NCBI GenBank assembly: GCA_043228905.1
Contig: JBHGNT010000011.1
Location: forward strand, 9,362,001 to 9,426,000
Direction: 5' to 3'
From: Azolla caroliniana
Lineage: Eukaryota > Plantae > Polypodiophyta
DNA: 64,000 nt
Shown here: in pieces, positions 22,241 through 32,439 of the stretch
Layout of the letters: each line of letters begins with the position of its first letter
Numbering within the stretch: position 1 is the first letter of the stretch
Program-made: the position numbers and the translations under genes
The notes under the pieces: generated by a model
Told to the model about the DNA's origin: nothing
What the model saw: only the letters and a program-made list of their open reading frames with translations
Database searches by the model: none

Positions 22241-25200
22241 TGTCGTAGTGTATTTCGTACACTACGTGAAAAAGTAAAAATAATATAACCGATTTAATTA
22301 CATATAAATAAATAAAATAATATATCAAGATATTTATCACGTGCATAGGGCAAGATTCGAACCCTGTACCTCCACGTAGCCAAACCTCAACTTTACCATT
22401 ATGCTACCTTATCTTTAGTGTTTTATAAATAGATTTAATAACTATAAGTGCTTTATTTGCGCCTACCTTTATTAAAAGGTAAATCGTGCATTTTTTAGAG
22501 TGCGTGAATATTTTATAGAAAAACGCAAGCAACAAAAAAGTGACTCATGCACATCTAGCGTGCATGAGCACTATATTTAGCAAATAAAAGCAAGGATTAG
22601 AAAAGCATCACATGCACATTTAGTGTGCATGAACATATTAGAAAAAAAAAGCATGTAGCTATGCTTAGTCTCTCCCATCACTACATAAGGATGGGGAGCA
22701 CAATGTAATAGGCGTGTGAAATATTTGGAAATTGGATATATTTCCGAAAACACCAACCGATTAATATAATCGTGGGATTCACGAAAATAATATAATCTAT
22801 ACTTGTGGGATTCACAAGTTTCTTATATCTTTCTTTCAATCTAAATACATATTTTATCTAAATATTGATTAATCGAATACAATACACTTGTGGGATTCAC
22901 GAAATTTCTATCTCTCTTTCTAATAATCTATTTATTACTAGCCTCATCTCATATTCTTCTTTCTCCTAGTCCAAAACCTCAGTGGTTCCCACCCGACTCA
23001 CGCAAACGATCCGGAGCCGAAAGGCACGACACAGTTGGTGAACCCGACGTGAAGACGGGTGGCAAGGAGATGGAGAATCAACAAGAGGCAATGAGTATAA
23101 CAATGATGATGATGTTCGAGCGGATGCTACAAGAACAACGAGTGATGTCGGAGATCACGGGGGCAGTAAAGCGGCTCGTACAACGGAACGGGCAATTTGA
23201 TGGAAAGGACGTGTCACGCTATCTACGTGACTACAAAGGGGAGATGATGCGATGTGGGATACCGGAAGGATTGCAAGTGATATCCTTCAGTCGGGTAGCC
23301 GCGGATGAGTTACAAGAAAGAATCTACAAGATACGGCAACAAAACCCAACATGGGGGTCCTTTGAAGGAGCTTTACGAGAGGCATATGATTACGATAGAC
23401 CGAAGGGACGAGATCGGCGAAAATTCGACGAATGGGTGGCATCGGAGAAGACCCACCGAAGTGCAACACAAGCATTCCTAGAGTTCGAGCATCGTCTTGC
23501 TCGACTCTCGGAGCGGGAACAACGATTGGTGGGGGAGGATAAAGTCCTAATGTTCGTAAAATCGATCGATCGAAAAGAAAGGATGAACATCGGGATCGAA
23601 CTCGAAGACGATGACGGTACGAATGGTCTTACCGAAAATTGGGCCGAAGTCCAAAGGGTATGCCGGAGACATGATGAGAGGAAGATGAGAATCTTGTCAA
23701 CGACATGGCCGATGAAGGATGGTCGATTGAAGACAAACGATGGAGCCGATATGAAGGCCGAAATACAACATGATGGTGTGACGGAAGAGGGTGTAAAACA
23801 AGCTACCCTCTTGTCTTGCGAAAGAACGACGGTGAAGGATAAGGCCGATAACCCAAGTGTAGAAGAAGATTTCGGAATACAAGTGTCCGAAACATCGGGT
23901 GAAAAAGGGGTAAGCATAATTGATGTTTGCATAATTGATGCAGTGAAAAAGAGCAAGGAGGACTTGATTGAGGAGGTCACCACGAAAGATGACATCGAAT
24001 CGAAGGTGGCTATGGACGAATCAACGACGGATGGCCATATCGAGACTTCCCCACCACTGATTCTAGAGACTCCGGCGGTTGCGTTCGAAAGGCAACGTGA
24101 GACCGAAGAGACGGAAGGTGGCGGAGAGAAAACAAAGGTCGAAGTCGATGCATACGACGGAGAGATAGCCGAGAATATGGCTATGGGTGAGACAATGGAG
24201 GATGATAATAGCGAGGATTCCTACCCACTAATTCTAGAGACTTCGGCAGTTGTGTCCGAGAACCAACGGGAGACTGGAGAGATGGGAGGTGGCAGCAAGA
24301 AAGGTAAAGTCGGAAGCCGGTTCGGATGGAAGGTGATCCGGACGGGATTCCGATCCGAAAGAAAGCCTAACCGGGTAAAAGAAGATTCGACCGAAAGTCG
24401 ACCCGAAAGAAAGCCGAACCGAAAGGAAGAGAATTCGGCCGAAAGACGACACAAACGAAAGCCGAACCGGGCGAATGAGGATTCGGCCGAAAGACGACCC
24501 GAAAGAAAGCCGACCCGAAAAGGGGTTGACTCGGTCAAAACCGATCGACCGAGTCTGACTTGGCCGAATGCGAATATGGATGGAAGCCGACCTAGCCGAA
24601 AGCCAATCGGACGAGACCGATCCGGAAAGAAGCTAATCCGACTCAATCGGAGGTTGGACCGGTCGAGGTTGGTGAAAACGAGGAAAAGAAAGCCAACCGA
24701 AACCAAAACCGATAGATCGAAACCGGGTCGGAAGGAGACCGACTCAATCGAAACCGAACAACCGATTCCGATTCGGCCGAATACGAATCCGATCGGAAGC
24801 CGATCAAACCGAAAGTCGATCGGACGAGAGCGATCCGGAAAAAAGTCAAGGTTGATGAAGACAAGAAAGAGGCCAGTAAAAGACACTACCACGAATGACA
24901 AGGGCCAAGAATATGACGAGAGAGAACAAAGAATATGGTGGATCGGATGGCGACAATGGTTCGGGTGGAAAAGAATGGGTCTACTCAAAATGGAGAGACA
25001 AAGTTGACATAGCGGGACAAACGGAGGATGAAGGGGAGACAACGAGCATCGGCAACTTCGGCACATACCGGAGGATGTGCGGGTTCGGAGGGGGCGAGTG
25101 TCGTAGTGTATTTCGTACACTACGTGAAAAAGTAAAAATAATATAACCGATTGAATTACATATAAATAAATAAAATAATATATCAAGATATTTATCACGT

Positions 25201-25889
25201 GCATAGGGCAAGATTTGAACCCTGTACCTCCACATAGCCAAACCTCAACTTTACCATTATGCTACCTTATCTTTAGTGTTCTATAAATAGATTTAATAAC
25301 TATAAGTGCTTTATTTGCGCCTACCTTTATTAAAAGGTAAATCGTGCATTTTTTAGAGTGCGTGAATATTTTATAGAAAAACGCAAGCAACAAAAAAGTG
25401 ACTCATGCACATCTAGCGTGCATGAGCACTATATTTAGCAAATAAAAGCAAGGATTAGAAAAGCATCACATGCACATTTAGTGTGCATGAACATATTAGA
25501 AAAAAAAAGCATGTAGCTATGCTTAGTCTCTCCCATCACTACATAAGGATGGGGAGCACAATGTAATAGGCGTGTGAAATATTTGGAAATTGGATATATT
25601 TCCGAAAACACCAACCGATTAATATAATCGTGGGATTCACGAAAATAATATAATCTATACTTGTGGGATTCACAAGTTTCTTATATCTTTCTTTCAATCT
25701 AAATACATATTTTATCTAAATATTGATTAATCGAATACAATACACTTGTGGGATTCACGAAATTTCTATCTCTCTTTCTAATAATCTATTTATTACTAGC
25801 CTCATCTCATATTCTTCTTTCTCCTAGTCCAAAACCTCAGTGGTTCCCACCCGACTCACGCAAACGATCCGGAGCCGAAAGGCACGACA
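22241..25889 (+). mobile_element. Young non-autonomous gag-only (TR-GAG-like) LTR retroelement with tRNA-Trp PBS
   Basis: 791-bp LTRs 22241-23031 and 25099-25889 (about 4 differences by eye); TGTCGT..ACGACA termini; PBS TGGTGAACCCGACGTGA; PPT GGAGGGGGCGAG; no pol. Confidence 0.88.
23070..25007 (+). CDS. Gag-like protein with acidic middle region and basic repetitive tail
   Basis: GQFDGKDVSRYL..Y and W..FE.AL...Y capsid-like motifs; homologous to the fragment at 47063-47545; intact ORF, with the first plausible ATG after the PBS at ~23070. Confidence 0.7.
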   Translation: MENQQEAMSITMMMMFERMLQEQRVMSEITGAVKRLVQRNGQFDGKDVSRYLRDYKGEMMRCGIPEGLQVISFSRVAADELQERIYKIRQQNPTWGSFEGALREAYDYDRPKGRDRRKFDEWVASEKTHRSATQAFLEFEHRLARLSEREQRLVGEDKVLMFVKSIDRKERMNIGIELEDDDGTNGLTENWAEVQRVCRRHDERKMRILSTTWPMKDGRLKTNDGADMKAEIQHDGVTEEGVKQATLLSCERTTVKDKADNPSVEEDFGIQVSETSGEKGVSIIDVCIIDAVKKSKEDLIEEVTTKDDIESKVAMDESTTDGHIETSPPLILETPAVAFERQRETEETEGGGEKTKVEVDAYDGEIAENMAMGETMEDDNSEDSYPLILETSAVVSENQRETGEMGGGSKKGKVGSRFGWKVIRTGFRSERKPNRVKEDSTESRPERKPNRKEENSAERRHKRKPNRANEDSAERRPERKPTRKGVDSVKTDRPSLTWPNANMDGSRPSRKPIGRDRSGKKLIRLNRRLDRSRLVKTRKRKPTETKTDRSKPGRKETDSIETEQPIPIRPNTNPIGSRSNRKSIGRERSGKKSRLMKTRKRPVKDTTTNDKGQEYDEREQRIWWIGWRQWFGWKRMGLLKMERQS

Positions 25890-25893
25890 CAGT

Positions 25894-28800
25894 AGATACC
25901 AACCTTCTCCTATAGGTGAAAGTGACAATGTGAAAAGACGGGCAATAATCTGCAACTTTTGTAAGAAGCCTGGGCATAAAGCCAACGAAGGTAGGCAAAG
26001 AAAGGAGAGCGGTAACTCCAACAATCTGCAAAGAAAATCATCAACTTCCAATAATCCAAGTATGTTCTTGAATTATTTGAATTCCGTTAGTACTATTGCA
26101 TTACAAAAAAATATTCTTGGACCACACGATTTACTTAAAACTTATGAGACTATCCACAATCAAAGTGTAACTATACTATTTGACTGTGGTAGCACTCATA
26201 ATTTTCTTGACTCTAATATGGTGCAGATGTTGCGAATAAAAACAACCAAAAGTGACCACGACTACAAAGTCCTTACTGCGGGAGGCCATGTCCAAAAGCA
26301 TTCATTAATTGCACATGGTGTACCCCTAGTAATAAATAACTACACTGAAAAGTTGACTTTTCATGTAAATTATGCATTTACGAACGGTAGATGTAGTTAT
26401 TGTTTACATATGGTTTTATAATAGACATAGTCTTGATATCGATTGGTTGAATCATACTATTTCTTTTGACGGAAATAACAACCAACATGTTTTTATTCAT
26501 GGGACTGCGATAAACAATGTAATGTCTGTTAATCATCTTTATACTTATGATCGAAATGTCAATGCACAATTTTATGCGTGTATATTACAACCCAATGATC
26601 CTTTGTATCAATTTGTAGATAAGAGTTCATTGGATGATTTTGAGAAAGATGCTCTACGTGACATCTTGTCGCATTTTAAGGACTTATTTCCGGATAAGTT
26701 ACCTCAAGGATTACCTCCTTCTCGGTCTATAGATCATAAGATAAACTTGGTTCCAGGCGCTAAACCTGTGAGCATACCCCCTTATTGGTTGAGTCGAACC
26801 GAAGAGGATGAAATTGCCCGACAAATCAAGGAGTACTTGAGGATGGGACACATTCGGTACAACAAATTGCCATGGGGAGCTCCCGTCATCTTGGCCAAGA
26901 AGAAGGATGGAACTTGGCGAATGTGTGTAAATTACAAGGGTTTGAATAAACTCACCATTCGCAATACCTACCCTTTGCCTTGTTCTGATGACTTGATGGA
27001 TAGACTCCAAAGTGCAAGATATTTTACTAAGATAGACTTGCACACTAGCTATCATCAAATCAGGGTTTTGGAAGAAGATGTTTCCAAAACAAATTTTTGA
27101 ACTCATTATGGTCATTATGAGTTTCGGGTTCTACCATTTGGGTTGATTGATGTGCCAACCACATTCCAGCAATTGATGAATGATATATTTAGAGATCAGT
27201 TAGGCCATTTCGTGGTCGTATTCCTTGATGACATCATGGTATACAGTAACACATTTGAGGATCATGTGTGTCATGTCCGAATAGTTTTGGATAAGCTTCG
27301 TGAATACAAGCTATTTGCCAAACTATCTAAATGTGATTTCTTTCAAAAGGAAGTTATGTATCTTGGACACCACATATCTAGGTCGGGTGTTTCTATTGAT
27401 AAATCTAAGATAGAAGCAGTATTAAATTGGCCACGACCTCAAATGTTAAGGAGCTATGATCTTTCTTAGGATTTGTTGGATTCCTAAGAAGATCTCTTCA
27501 AAACTATTCATCCTACACTGCACCATTTACAGACCTATTGAAGGGTATTACAAGAAAGTCCACTAAACCTATTGAGTGGAATGCCTCTCTTGAAGAAACC
27601 TTCAATAAGTTGAAGTCATTAATTGTGAATGCACCTACTTTAGCTATACGTGATCTTAATCAAACATTTCTAGTTGAGACAGATGCAAGTGATTATGTTA
27701 TTGGGGCCGCATTATTTCAAATTGGGAGACCAATTGCTTTTGAAAGCAAAAAATTGGATTCGGCCCAAAGAAATTACTCGGTTCAAGAAAAAGAATTATT
27801 TGTTATCATTTATGCCTTAAAGAAATGGCGACATTATTTGTATGGTAGTAAATTTACTGTTTTAACGGACCACAAATCCTTGCAATACTTCCTCTCTCAA
27901 AAGAATTTTGAGGGCCGAAAGGCAAGATGGGCTGAGTTGATGCAAGACTTCGATTTTGAAATTAGATATTGAAAAGGGGCTTTGAATTCCGTTGTAGATG
28001 CCTTGAGTCGTATTCTAGAAATTAATGCCCAAAGTTTCGTGGAATTTAACGAGTTATTTGATTTGATCCGGGGTAAACAAAAATACCTTAATGACAAAAC
28101 ATTTTCCAAGTTCTGGAAGAGAGGTGAAACAGGTATTGACGTCAATTATGGAACCACATCTACCCCGAAGAACCTTTACTATGTTGCAAATGGGTTATTG
28201 TACCGCAATAGTAAGGTTTGCATACCACACATAAAAGACATCAAGAATAAAATTCTGTATGATTGTCATGATGCCCCTTCTGTTGGACATCCACGTGTGC
28301 AAAGAATATTAGCTTTGATTAAAGCTAGGTTTTTCTAGCAAAAAATGAAACTTGAGGTAGAGTCCTATGTTATACGTTGTCCACATTGTTAGGTCATTAA
28401 GGCTGAGCGACAAAAAAAAGTTGGCTTATTGCAACCTCTCGATATTCCAGCTGAAAAGTGGCAAAGTATATCCATGGATTTCCTAGCTGGATTATCTCGT
28501 TCCACTGAAGGAAATAATGCCATTTGGGTGGTTGTTGATTGGCTTACCAAGATGGCAAGATTCATTCCAACAAAATCCACAATTACCGCAAATCAATTGG
28601 CTATTACGTTTATTTAACATCTTTATAACTTATATGGTCTACCGATGGAGATTGTAAGTGATCGAGACTCCAAGTTTACAAGTACATTTTGGTTAGAAGT
28701 TATGCAGAAACTACAAATAACCTTGAGTCTCAGTTCTTCTAATCATCCTTAATTGGATGGGCAGACTGAGAGAGTGAATCAGATATTAGAGGATATGTTG

Positions 28801-30075
28801 AGGGCATATGTAGCGCGCAAAAACCCTCATTATGGGAGACTTACCTTCCTATGGTGGAATTTGCCTACAACAACGCTAAGCATACATCAACAAAATACAG
28901 TCGTTCATGTTGATGTATGGTTATACGCCACGTCCTCCTATTGATGTTTCGTTTGATTCGAATACTTTGGATAGTACAAAGGATTTTCTCTTTGATATGC
29001 TTGAAGCAAGTAGGAGAAGAAAACCTTACGGTGGCACTACACAAAAATGTCTTTTATGCGAATCATGATAGAAAACCAAGGGAATTCCACATAGGACAAC
29101 AGGTTTTTCTACAGGTTCCTAAGGACCCAGAAATATTGAGAACAGGACTGTGTGCAAAATTAACCCCACGGTATTGTCGAGAATTGTGACTGGCCACAAC
29201 CGGCTTATCGTTCGGAAGTTCGGGTGCAGGGAACGTAAAGTAGAGTGCGCTTAAACAGAGTATGAAAACAGAAATAACATAAGAGACAAAAACACACGAT
29301 TTAACATGGAAACCCGAAATGGAAAAAACCACGGGGGTCCACGAACCCCGAGAAACAGAATCACTATGCTAAAAGGAGGAGTACAACTAGAAGCTCTGAG
29401 GCAACGACCTCGAGATTCTACTTCGTCAACAGACGGCTACAGAGTTACACACGCTCTTACTCTCACTAACTTACTATTACACAGTTACTGAGGCAACAAC
29501 CTTCTAAGTAACCTTTTAGCAACAACACCTGTCATAACATTATGATTGCCCTAAGTACTTATACTAGTACACCTTTTGGGTTATTTACAAGTGTAGCCCA
29601 TAAGGGCATATTTAGACTATTTACAAGTATAGTCTTCCGAGTTGGCTGTCTACACGATTTCGGTTTCGGCCTCGGCCGAGTTTCTCATCAACTCGGCTCT
29701 TCTCTTCCCATCCGGAGGTACCCGTTTCCTAACAGGTATTGTGGACCATATAAATTTTTAAAATGTATAGGTCCCAATGCTTATTGTGTGGATTTGCCTT
29801 CCAACATTATGGTTCATCTCGTATTCCACGTGAGTCGATTGGTTATGATGATAATGTTGTATCACCATCTAATTTATCGACTGTTGGAGGATGATCATTT
29901 TGCTCCACATGAATGCAAGAAAATCATTCACCATAGGTCGAGAAACCTAAGGTCAAAGGTTGTTCATCGCTATAAGGTTAAGTGGAAGGATAGATTGGAA
30001 GAAGGTAGCACGTGGGAAACTGAAGAGACATTACGTAAACATTTTCCTAACTTCCCATTGCAAGAGTGCAATTAA
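25894..30075 (+). pseudogene. pol: gag C-terminus and pol of outer Ty3/gypsy (zinc knuckle, protease, RT, RNase H, integrase, chromodomain), multiply disrupted
   Basis: CNFCKKPGH, LFDCGSTHNF, FLDD, VETDASD, ISMDF, GQTERVNQ, RYCGPY, YKVKWK..STWE. Confidence 0.88.
29175..29734 (-). mobile_element. Solo LTR (copia-type, related to LTR 62162-62965)
   Basis: TG..CA termini; TSD GGTAT; splits the integrase PRY|CGPY motif; shares CTGGCCACAAC, AAAACCACGGG, GAGGCAACGACCTC and CCTAACA blocks with the copia LTR. Confidence 0.85.
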
Positions 30076-30091
30076 ATGGAGGGGGGGAGTA

Positions 30092-30486
30092 TGTAATGTT
30101 CATTGGTTTAGACGTGCTTATTTGGGGGCTATCATACTGTAATATTAGAGTCGTCAGCTTTATTGGACTGACCTAATGTGTGTCATTGGGTACCCCACAC
30201 ATGATTGGTCAGGTAGATGTCATTACATGGCCTAGGTCCTATAAATAGGGAATACTCTCCTTAGTCAGGGAGAACCCCATGAGTGGTTCTGATGAAGCTC
30301 TCTTTAATATGGACTAGTCATTTACCAAGGTCCTTACGTGGAGATCCTGGTTGGTATGGGACCGATCGGGATTCCTCGTTTGCGTTGTCGACTCTAACGC
30401 AAGGGCGGATGGGTGGTAACGCGTATTTTCAGTATGATTGTGTCATTTATGTCTTTATTTTAGGATTAATGATCTTGGTTATTACA
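30092..30486 (+). repeat. 3' LTR of outer Ty3/gypsy
   Basis: Matches 3115-3474; preceded by the PPT and followed by TSD CATGA. Confidence 0.9.
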
Positions 30487-31032
30487 CATGATCATCGTAA
30501 TCACCCTCAATTTATTTTCATCATGTTTGTTAATCTATGTAAGAGAGAAACTCATCCATTAATTAGGTAGCCACAATTAGGACAATGGTCAATTAGGCAT
30601 AAATAGAAAGGCAAAATAATATAAATATTAAAAACTATACTAATCTCCTTTTCACCATTTTCATCCTCTTCATCTACGTGTTTATTTTCGAATTGGATTG
30701 AACCACGTAAGAGAGAAGCCCAATATTGAAATTTTCGGTATGATTGTGTCATTTATGTCTTTATTTTAGGATTAATGATATTGGTTATTACACATGATCA
30801 TCATCATCACCCTCAATTTATTTTCATCATGTTTCTTAATCTATGTAAGAGAGAAACTCATCCATTAATTAGGTAGCCACAATTAGAACAATGGTCAATT
30901 AGGCATAAATAGAAAGGCAAAATAATATAAAAACTATACTAATCTCCTTTCCACCATTTTCATCCTCTTCATCTACTTGTTTATTTTCGAATTGGATTGA
31001 ACCACGTAAGAGAGAAGCCCAATATTGAAATT
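30426..31032 (+). repeat. ~306-bp tandem duplication covering the LTR end, TSD and flanking DNA
   Basis: 30426-30731 is repeated at 30732-31032. Confidence 0.88.
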
Positions 31033-32439
31033 AGCTACCATTGACACTAAAGGTGTTAAGAATCTCTTACTAATCAATACACCAAATTTAAGTAGAAAAA
31101 GATGAATAGAGGAAGTCAATCTCTCTCAAACTATGATCATTGCATTGACATTCCATACCCACTATATTAGGATGCCTAGTATATTGGAAGAGGTAACAAG
31201 ATCATTGCGATGAAAGCCTAGAACGCACCATCGGGGTGTCTCAAGACTTCAACATTTTGACATAATGTGCCATATGAGGGTAGCTTGGCGTCATATATAT
31301 ACATATTCCTAGGCCATTGAAATATATGATGTGCTCTTCTTAAAAGGCTCTTCATCTATTCGTTATCAAGGTCATGATTGTGCATGCACCTATCATTCTC
31401 TCTATCCATTCGCACAAGTCCCTTTCTAACATTAGTGAACATACCCTTCACTCATGTTTTGTAAATATTAGTGACCTACCCTCACCTACATAATGCATAC
31501 ATAATCATACATAAATAGAAGGAAAATAACATAAAAAGGTAGTGATTGCAAACAACTAGCCCATAACACACATGGATGCTTGGCTATCCCATCAATTGGG
31601 CATCCATTCCAAGGGTACACGTGTGGACATTTTGTAACATTCTTGCCACATGGATGCCAAACATTCTTGGTTCCATTCCATATTTAAACTCATATACTAC
31701 ATCCTAGGATATTGATGGTTGGTGGACCAAGGGATTCTTGAGTAGTCTCTCAAAGGCATTTGTGACAATTCATGTAACATCTTTTTGAGGTTGAATCTTA
31801 AAGGTTTGAAACAAGTATCAATGATTGTCCTCACTATTTCTAAGGTACTGTTGTTCATCATAGGTTGGATGAGTAGGGTAAGGATGACTAAGTCGGTGCA
31901 GAGGGCCTCGTTGGGTCTAACTTTAACTTTTGACCCCTCCACCTATATCTAAAAAGAGTAGTACTTTTGGGTACCTTGTAAACAGTTATGTATGTACACA
32001 ATTAGCATTTGGGGGCAACCCACTAAAACTCCTCAAGTTACTAGATAAACATGTATGTATGTATGTATTCCTTCCAAAAGCCGATAAACACAAAGCCCAT
32101 CAATGGAAACTTCCTTGGTTGGGCTTGTACACAAACAAACATCATTTATTGAAATCCTGGAGTTCAAATATAACATTCTCATAAACCCTCACCGGGGATA
32201 TGCCCTGTTTTCAAAAGCAGAAAAAGGTCTTCTCTGCTCTGTTCTCATCCTAAATGTGACCTATGAATGTCCATGGCGTCCTTTTCTGCAACTGCATTCT
32301 TTCCTCTTATGGTAGGTTATGACAATCCAAATCCGATTCTTCTTCCATACCCATCGGCTTCCCTGTTTTGGTTTCAGAAAGAGCAGAGAAGGGATTCTAT
32401 TTCTTCCATCAATTTCACTTGGAGAGATAAAGGAACAGG

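Larger units (their letters stand above)
3115..30486 (+). mobile_element. Outer Ty3/gypsy chromodomain LTR retrotransposon (degenerate) hosting four nested insertions
   Basis: LTRs 3115-3474 and 30092-30486 (TG..CA); TSD CATGA on both sides; PBS TGGTATCAAAGC; PPT GGAGGGGGGGAG before the 3' LTR; gag-pol remnants at ~21780-22240 and 25894-30075. Confidence 0.9.

Noticed and set aside
22890-23069. Signal-peptide-like N-terminus (MGFTKFLSLFLIIYLLL..) suggesting an env or secreted protein
   Set aside because: It starts at a GTG inside the T-rich U5 of the LTR, upstream of the PBS; probably not translated.
23390-25204. Long antisense ORFs (201 and 327 aa)
   Set aside because: Shadow frames of the repetitive gag-like ORF with no recognisable domain.
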